Part shown: positions 12,579-21,768 of the stretch, piece after piece
Layout of the letters: the number at the start of each line of letters is the position of its first letter
Position numbering within the stretch: the first letter of the stretch is position 1
Source of the DNA: Mycobacterium leprae TN
GTDB taxonomy: Bacteria > Actinomycetota > Actinomycetes > Mycobacteriales > Mycobacteriaceae
Assembly (NCBI RefSeq): GCF_000195855.1
Contig: NC_002677.1
Span: 2,850,001 to 2,882,000, forward strand
DNA: 32,000 bases
Direction: 5' to 3'
Translations under genes and position numbers: made by a program
Notes under the pieces: model-generated
Seen by the model: only the letters and a program-made list of their open reading frames with translations
Database searches by the model: none
Told to the model about the DNA's origin: nothing

Positions 12579-13013
12579 ATGAACCAAGCTTTCACCCCAC
12601 TTACTGAGACCCGGTACGGACGTTCCCGACTGCCCGGCAGATCACGGCACCGTGGCGTCATCGCGCTGACCGTGTTGGCTGTTGCTGCCAGCACTGGCAT
12701 CGCTGTCATCGGTTACCAACGGCTCGGCACCAGCGACGTTGCGGGCTCGCTCGCCAGCTACCGAGTTCTCGACGACGAGACGGTGTCGGTGACGATAAGC
12801 GTGATGCGCTCCGACCCGTCACGTCCGGTAGATTGCATTGTGCGAGTTCGTGCCAAAGACGGCAGCGAAACAGGTAGACGTGAAGTGTTGGTAGCACCAG
12901 CCGAGGCGACCACGGTTCAGGTAGTTACGACGGTGAAATCCGCCCGACCACCGGTGATGGCCGATATCTATGGCTGCGGAACCGATGTACCGGGCTACCT
13001 GCGCCCAGCCTGA
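12579..13013 (+). CDS. Membrane-anchored DUF4307-like protein (Rv1081c-like)
   Basis: In-frame ATG at 12579 within ORF 12399..13013 gives 144 aa. One N-terminal TM segment (GVIALTVLAVAASTGIAVIGY) follows the motif LTETRYGRS. Divergent from mca and upstream of greA. Confidence 0.75.
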   Translation: MNQAFTPLTETRYGRSRLPGRSRHRGVIALTVLAVAASTGIAVIGYQRLGTSDVAGSLASYRVLDDETVSVTISVMRSDPSRPVDCIVRVRAKDGSETGRREVLVAPAEATTVQVVTTVKSARPPVMADIYGCGTDVPGYLRPA

Positions 13014-13069
13014 CTAAACGACAAATGCTAACGGGCGACGTCACCAGCTGTTTTCGCGGTGGTAGCATG

Positions 13070-13107
13070 AGTCAATACACGGTTCCTGCTGGGACCGTGT
13101 ATTGACT
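13070..13107. terminator. 14-bp perfect-stem hairpin between the Rv1081c-like gene and greA
   Basis: agtcaatacacggt (13070-13083), 10-nt loop tcctgctggg, accgtgtattgact (13094-13107). Confidence 0.45.
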
Positions 13108-13236
13108 GCTGCATTGGTAGCCATGAGCGAAACGGAACAGCAGCTACACGGGGTGACCCGGATACGCCCCCTGGGCAGCGGGGAATCAAATACTTACGCG
13201 GATAAGCGAAGCCGAGAACACAAGGAGCACGACGAA

Positions 13237-13731
13237 ATGACGGATACTCAGGTGACCTGGTTGACCCAGGAGTCACATGACCGACTAAAGGCCGAACTCG
13301 ACCAGTTGATCGCAAATCGTCCGGTCATCGCCGCGGAAATCAACGACCGCCGCGAGGAGGGTGACCTGCGCGAGAACGGCGGATATCACGCCGCCCGCGA
13401 GGAACAGGGCCAGCAGGAAGCCCGCATCCGCCAGCTGCAAGATCTACTCAACATCGCGAAGGTCGGTGAAGCGCCCAAGCAGTCCGGCGTGGCGCTGCCC
13501 GGTTCGGTGGTCAAGGTCTACTACAACGACGACAAGTCCGACACCGAGACATTCCTCATAGCCACTCGCCAGGAGGGCGTCAACGAGGGCAAGCTCGAGG
13601 TTTACTCGCCAAATTCACCACTGGGGGGCGCCCTGATCGACGCCAAGGTGGGTGAGACTCGCAGCTACACCGTACCCAATGGCAACACCGTTCAAGTCAC
13701 GTTGATCAGCGCTGAGCCTTACCACTCATAA
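13237..13731 (+). CDS. greA: Transcription elongation factor GreA
   Basis: 164-aa ORF from ATG 13237: [71 protein letters not shown], the classic GreA N-terminal coiled coil. Confidence 0.97.
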   Translation: MTDTQVTWLTQESHDRLKAELDQLIANRPVIAAEINDRREEGDLRENGGYHAAREEQGQQEARIRQLQDLLNIAKVGEAPKQSGVALPGSVVKVYYNDDKSDTETFLIATRQEGVNEGKLEVYSPNSPLGGALIDAKVGETRSYTVPNGNTVQVTLISAEPYHS

Positions 13732-13741
13732 TTATCGCAAG

Positions 13742-13783
13742 TGTGAATCCCGCGACGGCCGGCGTCGCGTCATCAGATTCACA
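13742..13783. terminator. Two-tier inverted repeat between convergent greA and metB, candidate bidirectional terminator
   Basis: Outer stem tgtgaatc (13742-13749)/gattcaca (13776-13783). Inner stem cgcgacg (13751-13757)/cgtcgcg (13763-13769). Located in the 62-bp convergent gap. Confidence 0.5.
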
Positions 13784-13793
13784 GTCGGCGCAG

Positions 13794-14960
13794 TTAGTTT
13801 AACGCCTGCTTGAGGTCGCACAGCAGGTCGCCGACGTCTTCAATACCGACCGAAAGCCGCACCAGGTCGTCGGGTACTTCCAATTGCGACCCGGTTGTCG
13901 ACGCGTGCGTCATGGCACTGGGCTGCTCAATCAGCGACTCCACTCCACCCAAGGATTCAGCCAAGGTAAACACCTTGGTGCGGGCACACAGATCCTGGGC
14001 GGCTAGTCGGCCGGCTCGCATCCGCAACGAAACCATGCCGCCGAAGCCGCGCATCTGCCGTGCAGCGACCTCATGCCCGGGATGGCTGGGCAAGCCCGGA
14101 TACAGCACGGCGCTCACCGACGGATGCCCAGCCAGGAATTCCGCTACAGTAATGGCATTTTCGTTGTGCCGCTGCATCCGCAGCACTAAAGTCTTCAATC
14201 CGCGCATCGTTAGGTACGCGTCGAACGGGCTCGGCACCGCACCGGCTCCGTTCTGCAAGAAGCCGAAAGCCTGGTCCAGCTCTTCGTCGTTGGTGACTAG
14301 CGCGCCGCCCACCACATCAGAGTGGCCGCCGATGTACTTTGTGGTCGAGTGCAACACGACGTCTGCCCCCAGCATCAGCGGCTGTTGCAGCGCGGGTGAA
14401 GCAAAGGTGTTGTCCACCAACACCTTTACTGAGTGCTTTTTGCCTAGTTCGCCGATGCTGGTGATATCTGCGATGGACAGCAGCGGATTGGTCGGTGTTT
14501 CCACCCATATCAGCCGGGTCCGTGATGTGATCGCGGCGCGGACCGCGTCCAAATCAGACAGCGGTACCGGCGTGTAGTCAACGTTCCATTGAGTAAAGAC
14601 CTTGTCTATCAGCCGGAAGGTGCCGCCGTAGACGTCATCCGGGATGATCACGTGGTCCCCCGGCCGCAGCATGACCCGCAAGGCACAGTCGCTAGCAGCC
14701 ATTCCGGAACTGAAGGCTCGCGCAAAAACGCCCTCTTCGACCGTGGCCAAGGATGCCTCTAAAGCGGCGCGCATGGGGTTGCCGGTACGCGCGTATTCGA
14801 ATCCGCCACGCAACTCACCGACGCCATCTTGGGCAAAAGTACTACTGGCATAAATCGGGACATTCACTGCCCCTGTTGCCGGATCCGGACGATAGCCAGC
14901 ATGGATGGCTTTGGTGGCTAGTCCGGTAATGCCGTGGTGTCCCCGGTAATCTTCGCTCAT
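13794..14960 (-). CDS. metB: Cystathionine gamma-synthase (PLP-dependent)
   Basis: Intact 388-aa ORF with YARTGNPMRAALEASLATVEEG, VWVETPTNPLLSIADI-type motif, and PLP-lysine region DVVLHSTTKYIGGHSDVVGG. Confidence 0.95.
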   Translation of the reverse strand: MSEDYRGHHGITGLATKAIHAGYRPDPATGAVNVPIYASSTFAQDGVGELRGGFEYARTGNPMRAALEASLATVEEGVFARAFSSGMAASDCALRVMLRPGDHVIIPDDVYGGTFRLIDKVFTQWNVDYTPVPLSDLDAVRAAITSRTRLIWVETPTNPLLSIADITSIGELGKKHSVKVLVDNTFASPALQQPLMLGADVVLHSTTKYIGGHSDVVGGALVTNDEELDQAFGFLQNGAGAVPSPFDAYLTMRGLKTLVLRMQRHNENAITVAEFLAGHPSVSAVLYPGLPSHPGHEVAARQMRGFGGMVSLRMRAGRLAAQDLCARTKVFTLAESLGGVESLIEQPSAMTHASTTGSQLEVPDDLVRLSVGIEDVGDLLCDLKQALN

Positions 14961-15039
14961 CGACGATTAGCCTAAGAGATGGCCGCTGCGGTCAGCGGTT
15001 GGGGGGCCGCCGACTAGCCTGCCAAGTCGTGGCACTGTG

Positions 15040-15789
15040 TCAGATCGGCAGACACACCGTCGTCATGATCTTGTCCGCCAGGGTTTGCCGTTTGGAGTCC
15101 CACAGCGGGAACAAGAACCCGATGCAACAGATGACCGCATCGACGAAGTGCGCGAGCTGGCGCACCACCGACATACCGAAACCGATTGGCTGCCCAGTAG
15201 CCTCGCTGATCACCTTGAACTTCATTACCGTCTTGCCAATGCTGGAGCCGGTGGCGCCCTGGCGATAGCCGTAGTTCCAGACCAGGTAGGCCGTCGCCAT
15301 CAACCATGCGAACCAGAACGCCAACATGCCGATGCCGGTAGGCTGAGTAGCACAGTACTGATTAACATTGTACTGCGTGATATCAGTGACGCACGCCTCT
15401 TGCTTCGTGAGCGTCTGAATCAACATGCCAATGCCGAGCAGGACCGTGGCTGGGATGTTGTCGATGACATAAGCCAGCACCCGGGTGACCCAGAATGTGT
15501 AGGCCTCCTTAGGCAGTGAGCGGATCGCCGGTCCAGGTGGAGGCGGCGCGTACGCGCCGGTGGAAGGCGGAGGTGGCGGGTAAGAACCGCCGGGCGGCGG
15601 AGGTGGCGGGTAAGAACCGCCGGGCGGCGGAGGTGGCGGGTAAGAACCACCGACGGGTGGCGCAGTAGGCGGCGGGTAGGCAGAGCCCAGCTCAGACGGG
15701 GCAAACGAAGGCTCATACCCACCGGATGACCCGGGCGGGGGCGGAGCAGGTGTCGGGTTAGACCCGCTCGGCGGCGGTTGATCGGTCAT
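15040..15789 (-). CDS. pra: Proline-rich antigen, RDD-domain membrane protein
   Basis: 249-aa ORF with N-terminal PPPPPPGGSYPPPPPPGGSYPPPPP repeats and a C-terminal RDD-like membrane domain (RVLAYVIDNIPATVLLGIGM...GSSIGKTVMKFKVI...FLFPLWDSKRQTLADKIMTTVCLPI). Confidence 0.93.
   Translation of the reverse strand: MTDQPPPSGSNPTPAPPPPGSSGGYEPSFAPSELGSAYPPPTAPPVGGSYPPPPPPGGSYPPPPPPGGSYPPPPPSTGAYAPPPPGPAIRSLPKEAYTFWVTRVLAYVIDNIPATVLLGIGMLIQTLTKQEACVTDITQYNVNQYCATQPTGIGMLAFWFAWLMATAYLVWNYGYRQGATGSSIGKTVMKFKVISEATGQPIGFGMSVVRQLAHFVDAVICCIGFLFPLWDSKRQTLADKIMTTVCLPI
15571..15660. repeat. 30-bp tandem repeat inside pra (two perfect units plus a diverged third)
   Basis: aggtggcgggtaagaaccgccgggcggcgg at 15571-15600 and 15601-15630, then aggtggcgggtaagaaccaccgacgggtgg at 15631-15660. 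Each unit encodes 10 residues of the GGSYPPPPPP type. Confidence 0.95.
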
Positions 15790-15938
15790 GGGTAACCTTC
15801 CACTGCGGAGGAGCTGAACTAGGCCGCATTACCCTACCTGAGAACAAATTCGCGTAGCGAACGGGCACGGGTTTCGGCGTATCGAGTCGTCGCCGTGTTT
15901 GGTTTGTAGCCGAACTAACTTGCGGCTCGATCATCCCG

Positions 15939-17333
15939 CTAACGTAGCGGTGCGCCCTCCGAGAGGAAACCCAACAAGTCGTATCGCGTTATGACCCCGA
16001 CCAGTTTGCCTTTCTCCACCACCATCAGCGCATCGGAGTCGCGCAGCGCCTCACCGGCCACACTAACCAACTCACCGTCGCCGATTAGTCGTAGTGGCGG
16101 GCCCATGTGCTCCGAGACGGCGTCGGCCAAGCTGGCACGACCTTCAAACACGGCCGAAAGTAGTTCCCGTTCGGAGACGCTGCCGACAACCTCGCCCGCC
16201 ATCACCGGAGGCTCGGCGCCGACAACCGGGATCTGGGATACCGCGTACTCACGCAGAATGCCAATGGCATCGCGCACCGTCTCCGACGGATGGGTGTGCA
16301 CCAAGTCGGGCAACGCGCCCGATTTCCGACGCAACACATCACCCACTATGGGCTGCTCGGTAGACCCGTCCAGACGGCTACGCAGGAACCCATACGACGA
16401 CATCCAGGCGTCATTGAAGATCTTGGACATGTAGCCACGGCCGCCGTCCGGCAGCAAGACCACGACCAGCGCGGCCGGCCCGGCTTCTTCGGCCACTTGC
16501 AGAGCAGCCACGACCGCCATGCCACACGACCCGCCGACCAGCATCGCTTCTTCGCGGGCCAACCGCCTGGTCATATTGAACGAGTCGGAGTCAGACACCG
16601 CGATGATCTGATCGGGCACCATCGGGTCGTACGCCGCCGGCCAGAAGTCCTCGCCCACCCCCTCGACCAGATATGGCCGTCCGGTACCGCCCGAATACAC
16701 TGACCCTTCCGGATCGGCACCGATGATACGTACCAATCCGCCGGACACCTCCTTGAGGTAGCGGCCCACGCCGGTGATTGTCCCACCGGTACCGATGCCA
16801 GCGACGAAATGGGTTACCCTACCGTCGGTGTCGGCCCAAATCTCCGGGCCAGTGGTCTCGTAATGGCTGGCCGGTCCTGCTGGGTTGGCGTACTGGTCTG
16901 GTTTCCAGGCACCGTCGATCTTGGCGACCAACCGGTCGGAAACGCTGTAGTAGCTGTCCGGATCGTCGGGCGGCACGGCCGTCGGACATACGACTACCTC
17001 GGCTCCGTAGGCCAACAGCACATTCCGTTTGTCCTCGCTAACTTTGTCGGGGCAGACGAACACACACTTATACCCGCGATGCTGGGCGACTAAAGCCAGA
17101 CCAACACCGGTATTACCCGACGTAGGTTCGACAATGGTGCCGCCCGGCTTCAGCTGACCGCTGGCCTCTGCCGCATCGATCATTTTAGCCGCGATCCGGT
17201 CCTTGGAGCTGCCCCCGGAGTTGAAATATTCGACCTTTGCCGCTACGACCCCGGTACCGGCCGGGACGACAGAATTCAGGCGGACCAGTGGCGTGCCGCC
17301 GATGAGGTCACTGATGTGCTGCGCAATCCGCAT
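15939..17333 (-). CDS. cbs: Cystathionine beta-synthase
   Basis: Intact 464-aa ORF: GGTPLVRLNSV, EYFNSGGSSKDRIAAKMIDAAE, EPTSGNTGVGLA, GIGTGGTITGVGRYLKE, and C-terminal CBS-domain sequence (VGVITRYDLLGFL). Confidence 0.93.
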   Translation of the reverse strand: MRIAQHISDLIGGTPLVRLNSVVPAGTGVVAAKVEYFNSGGSSKDRIAAKMIDAAEASGQLKPGGTIVEPTSGNTGVGLALVAQHRGYKCVFVCPDKVSEDKRNVLLAYGAEVVVCPTAVPPDDPDSYYSVSDRLVAKIDGAWKPDQYANPAGPASHYETTGPEIWADTDGRVTHFVAGIGTGGTITGVGRYLKEVSGGLVRIIGADPEGSVYSGGTGRPYLVEGVGEDFWPAAYDPMVPDQIIAVSDSDSFNMTRRLAREEAMLVGGSCGMAVVAALQVAEEAGPAALVVVLLPDGGRGYMSKIFNDAWMSSYGFLRSRLDGSTEQPIVGDVLRRKSGALPDLVHTHPSETVRDAIGILREYAVSQIPVVGAEPPVMAGEVVGSVSERELLSAVFEGRASLADAVSEHMGPPLRLIGDGELVSVAGEALRDSDALMVVEKGKLVGVITRYDLLGFLSEGAPLR

Positions 17334-17402
17334 GTGTTCATAATCTCAGGCGAATTCTTGCCACCCACAACCACTCGGGTGATGGCGAACCACCCCGATC
17401 CG

Positions 17403-18300
17403 CTATCCGGTGGCCTCGAGGATGTACTCGCCAATCTGGCGCAGCGAACGGACCACCTCTGGCACCAGCGGCGCGGCCAGCTGAAAATTTTGGACCTGGT
17501 CAGGCCAGACCCGTATCTACAAGCCGGCACACCAACCGGCAGCCAGCCGGCTGGCGGCCAACTGCGCGTCGTGCAGCAGCCCCTCAGATCCAGAAACGTG
17601 AATAAATGTCCGTGTCAGGCCGGGATTTGATTGTGTGCCAGGGGCTCACATCGATCTAGATCTCTTCGCCCAGCCGTCCTTCGGCGCGCATAACACTAGC
17701 ATACCAATGCGACAAGCGCGTTGAATGCCCTTTCCGGGAACATTGCGTCGCTCTAAGCATGTAATACGTACTTGTTGGGGTGCGCCTGCTTGCATTCTTT
17801 TGCTAGCTGCAAAAATGGCGAGATGACCACAAGCGCTGCTGGCTCTTCGCCTTCCTCCTGCAACCGCTGCACGCAGACGAGCGCAAGATATCCACCAGTG
17901 GAATCCCCAGCCAAACACAATCGTCCCGGGTTGTATCCGCGCAACCACAACCACCGGTAAATGTCGTAACAGTCCTCGAGGGCCATACCGATCGAGTGCT
18001 TAGGTAATAGCCGATAGTTGACCACAAGAAACGCCGAGTCAGCAAAGTTTGACAGCGTCTGGACGAGCTTGCCATCCGATTTTGCTCCATCGGCTAAGAA
18101 CGCACCGCGATGCAAGTAGACAATAACCCGCCGTGTGCCGTCCACGGCTATAACTCCAGGCGCTCGCACCAACTGAGCTGACATTGGGTAAGACTCACCT
18201 GCGCCCGAATGGTCACAAACCTAGGGAGTGGAACACGGTACGTCACATCGATGAGGCCCCACGGCCACGGCACGCTAGAAATAGTAGCTAAGCCGACCAG
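17403..18300 (-). pseudogene. lipU: Degraded alpha/beta-hydrolase lipase/esterase (lipU/Rv1076-like)
   Basis: ORF 17753..18184(-): APGVIAVDGTRRVIVYLHRGAFL...LPKHSIGMALEDCYDIYRWLWLRGYNPGRLCLAGDSTGGYLALVCVQRLQEEGEEPAALVVISPFLQLAKE. The C-terminal piece NFQLAAPLVPEVVRSLRQIGEYILEATG* is in another frame, with its stop at 17403-17405. Confidence 0.8.
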
Positions 18301-18879
18301 CCAAAACTGGCCGGATCCGTCAGTAGCGACACCAACGCGGCAACTCGCGCAGTGACGTTGAGGCCGAAGGAGGAACCGTCGCTGATCGCGAGTCTGCGGG
18401 CCTCAACTGTACGTGTCTGGAATACCTCATACTGGCGGAAGCATCGCGAGGTGAGCCAGATACCTTGCTGCGTGCGGTCATGTCGACACTTCACTAGACA
18501 GTTGTAGTTATGTGACGAGACGACCTAAGCATCTGGTTCAAACCACTCACCGGGGCGTTCAACCAACCTCTCGTACTTAGCTTACCAGCTGTTTCTGAGC
18601 AAAAGTTTGGAAGAGTCTGATTCGATACCGTAATTGATCCGCAATGTACATCGTATTATTTTCAGCCGCTCATACAAACGTCATCATGGCCTTCTTACAC
18701 TTTAGTTTTAGTGGCGTGGCCGTATAGAGCGCCGCGCGGCGGCCGATGATCGTTTTGGCCTCGGTGGGTGCACTAGCCTGTGGCAGGAACGGCCTGTCTG
18801 GCCGCACGTAATCTGTTGGCTAGCCAAGCCACACACGCGCGCACCGTCATCCCCAAAACCTAGAATATCCCGCCATGCA

Positions 18880-19510
18880 ACCCAGTAGCGAGCCCATGCA
18901 GCGATGTTGGCGCGGCGTGCATGCCCAACTCTGTATTTGATTGATTTTGATCACTTCACGGCAACCGTGTACGGCTGTGGCAGCGCCGATGAGGTGCCCC
19001 GGGCGTGCTCATCGCATGCGGATTAGCAGAGCAAACTGGTAAGCACATCCGGCTGAGCACCAAAACCATTGTCGGCACCACCTTAAAAGACGTGGGCGGC
19101 CAAATCGATGTGATGTTAATAACTAGACTGCCACCAGACGCAGCAGTGATGCTAGTCTGTGCCAGGGTTAGCTGGGCTTGACAGTGCACAGATTGCATGC
19201 CCGGAGCGCGATCGCGATGGTGGTCGTTGGGACCTGCTGGGATCTGGGGGCCATCTCCGCCATTCCGCAGTTACTGCGCTGGCTGGAAAGCACTCGCGGG
19301 CTGCGGATGTCCGAACAGCCTGCGGTGTGCCGGGTAACCGGTGGCGCATCTGTCGGCGCCCCAATCATAGAGGCCACGCCCGAGAAGATGCGCTCCGTCG
19401 ACGGTTATACCCCCCTCGGCGACGACATATGCGCGGAGATCGACCAGCTGGTGCGGGTACTGCACGAAAAATCAGCCCCCTCCCCCGTAAACACACGCAG
19501 CTAAACGTCA
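18880..19510 (+). pseudogene. Degraded SGNH/GDSL-type esterase (Rv1075c-like)
   Basis: Plus-strand fragments KHIRLSTKTIVGTTLKDVGGQIDVM, then ORF 19178..19504 with MVVVGTCWDLGAISAIPQLLRWLESTRGLRM...SVDGYTPLGDDICAEIDQLVRVL, which resembles the C-terminal half of the family. Boundaries approximate. Confidence 0.6.
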
Positions 19511-19669
19511 TGTCACTGCCGCGGCGCCGCGGCCGGCACCCTTGCAGCCCGGGCCCGTCCGGACTAGAGGACAACGACTAGACTGAACTACGTCTTCTTA
19601 TTGCTCGTCGCCGGTAGTCGACCCCACCTGTCTATGATCCCTACCACATAATAATAGAGGATTCGCCTA

Positions 19670-20580
19670 CGCCGGCACTGGAAGCTGTTATCGTTGCAAC
19701 GGCCCATTCACCGATCAGCCGCGCTATGAAGGGGGTCGCCGGTTAGTATGCAAACCGACGACGTGGCTGTTCACGCCACCCTCAACACAGTGCCGACCGC
19801 TGAAGTCGCACGAGATCGACGACCTCATCTTGGAATCTTAGATGTGGCCTGCCAGGCGGTAAGTTCGGTGACATAGCCCGCGTGCCCGCGTGGTGGCCGT
19901 CGAACTCCACCTATAAGAATTCTACTACTTAACCCCATGATCAACCTCTACTGCTCGTCGGCGCTGTGAACCACCAGGATAGTTTTCTCACGCGGCTGGT
20001 GAGGGCCAAACACGTTCATCGACTTGTGCGTCCCGACTACGTTCAGTTGGCGATGGATTTTAGTGTAGCCTTGGAATGGGTCAACACACCATCATCTTTA
20101 TTGTCCCTTTGCAGCAAGCCGGCAAGGCTGGCACCAGAAATGGATAAAAGCGTATCAACTGTTGGCACCGGGATCGCACGCTGCGGCGATCAGCTACCGT
20201 GCCACCCTAGAGGTCGGGTGCGCCGCAGGTGTTTGGGGACAGTGACACACACGGCAAAAAATCATTCTGCTTGCTGCAACGAGTCGGCATGTCAGCAAGC
20301 GACATCGATCTGGACGAGATCAACCAAAGCCTTCGCACTGAATATCCTGAGCCTAGCTACGCTAGCAGGGAATCGACGAAGTCAAGCTGAACGTGTTGGG
20401 CGGAGCGATAGCGCTAGGTCACCCGTTGGCATGACCGGTGCGACGTATCGTTACCACGCTGCTGAGCAACTTGACCAACTACAACAAGGCATTTTGGTCT
20501 AGAAAATCATGTGCGTCGACGTCGAGCAGGGCATGGCGATGGTAATCGAGCTTGCTCAGTTAGAGCAGCCCGCGGGGTAA
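19670..20580 (+). pseudogene. fadA3: Degraded acetyl-CoA acetyltransferase/thiolase (fadA3/Rv1074c-like)
   Basis: N-terminal fragment ALEAVIVATAHSPISRAMKG. C-terminal fragments IDLDEINQ and GGAIALGHPLA...RRIVTTLLSNL match the thiolase signature GGAIALGHP. Stops and frameshifts throughout. Confidence 0.75.
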
Positions 20581-20588
20581 CGCAACAC

Positions 20589-20636
20589 AAGACACAAGAG
20601 CTGACATACCAGGTGGCGTGCCGGCTCTTGTGTCTT
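20589..20636. terminator. 13-bp perfect-stem hairpin between the fadA3 remnant and the convergent membrane protein gene
   Basis: aagacacaagagc (20589-20601), 22-nt loop, gctcttgtgtctt (20624-20636). Confidence 0.5.
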
Positions 20637-20651
20637 AATAGGTGAGGTGAG

Positions 20652-21509
20652 CTAGTCGTTCTGTAGATAACTAAGCAGACGCAGGATCTCGACATATAGC
20701 CAGACCAACGTTACGGTCAAGCCCAGAGCAATACCCCACGCCGCCTTCTCCGGCGCCCCCGCGCGGATCATCTGGTCAGCCGCATCGAAGTCAAGAAGAA
20801 AGCCAAATGCCGCGATGCCGATACACGCCAGTGAGAAGAGGATAGCCACCGGTCCGCCGCTGCGCAAACCTAGACCTGTTCCGCCACCCAAACCAAACAT
20901 CGCCAGCACAAAATTGCCTAGCATCAAAGCTAGCACACCGAATGTTCCCGCAACCAGCATTCGGGTGAACTTCGGGGTGACCCGGATGGCTCCGGTCTTG
21001 TAGACGACGAGCATGCCAAAGAACACCCCGAAGGTGCCTAGAACGGCCTCCCCGATCAACACTCCAGCGTTGACTGTCGATACCTGAAAGTTGGCGAAGA
21101 GGAACGAAACCGCGCCGAGGAACAGCCCCTCGAGTACAGCGTAACTTAACACGATTGCCGGGCTGTTCTGTTTGCCCCCAAAGGTAGCGACCAGCACCAT
21201 CGCCAAGCCGCCAAAAACGCCGGCCAAGGTGAGCGGGGTGGCTAGTGCGAAATTCGATGCCACCAGGAAGAAAGAGACGATGGCCGAGACCACCAACACC
21301 GCCAGCGTCATGCCGGTCCTGGTAACGACATCGTCGATGGTCAGTGGCCGCGAAACCTGATAAGCACGAGTCTCCTGGTAGGGAGTCGCGGCATATGGAT
21401 CGGGTTGATAGTACCCCTGCTGCATCGGGGCCGCATCAGTACCGAACCGGGCGTACCCGCCCCTCTGCTTAGGCAACGAACGAAATACCGGGTTGCTTGT
21501 CTCGCGCAC
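20652..21509 (-). CDS. Bax inhibitor-1/YccA-like multi-pass membrane protein (Rv1072-like)
   Basis: Intact 285-aa ORF. N-terminal MRETSNPVFRSLPKQRGGYARFG is followed by a TIDDVVTRTGMTLA motif and about seven hydrophobic helices ending FLLDFDAADQMIRAGAPEKAAWGIALGLTVTLVWLYVEILRLLSYL. Confidence 0.85.
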   Translation of the reverse strand: MRETSNPVFRSLPKQRGGYARFGTDAAPMQQGYYQPDPYAATPYQETRAYQVSRPLTIDDVVTRTGMTLAVLVVSAIVSFFLVASNFALATPLTLAGVFGGLAMVLVATFGGKQNSPAIVLSYAVLEGLFLGAVSFLFANFQVSTVNAGVLIGEAVLGTFGVFFGMLVVYKTGAIRVTPKFTRMLVAGTFGVLALMLGNFVLAMFGLGGGTGLGLRSGGPVAILFSLACIGIAAFGFLLDFDAADQMIRAGAPEKAAWGIALGLTVTLVWLYVEILRLLSYLQND

Positions 21510-21768
21510 CGGTCGACTCCTCTCTTGTGGCTGTGGCTTCGATCCATGCGAACAGTTGCCTCAACGATCAATCGCCCACCCGAGTTCCCCATCGAGCTGC
21601 AGTTTTTTTGATTATTGCCGGGCTCGTATGTTCTCGCATGTTTGTTGTCGGGATAAACATAACCTTACCCGCGGACGGCTATCGAGCTAGCCACAGTCTA
21701 GAGTGCTGATCAATCCGTTGGGTGGCATTTTTGGGTCGTATTCTCCAATTGACGTGGAAGGCTAGGGT

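Noticed and set aside
13810-14577. 255-aa plus-strand ORF
   Set aside because: Antisense to intact metB; low-complexity Ser/Thr/Arg composition typical of a shadow frame.
15571-15660. CRISPR-like direct repeats
   Set aside because: The units are contiguous with no spacers and encode an in-frame PPPPP-GGSY peptide repeat.
15420-15722. 100-aa Arg/His/Leu-rich alternate-frame ORF
   Set aside because: Frameshifted reading of the pra proline-rich repeat tract.
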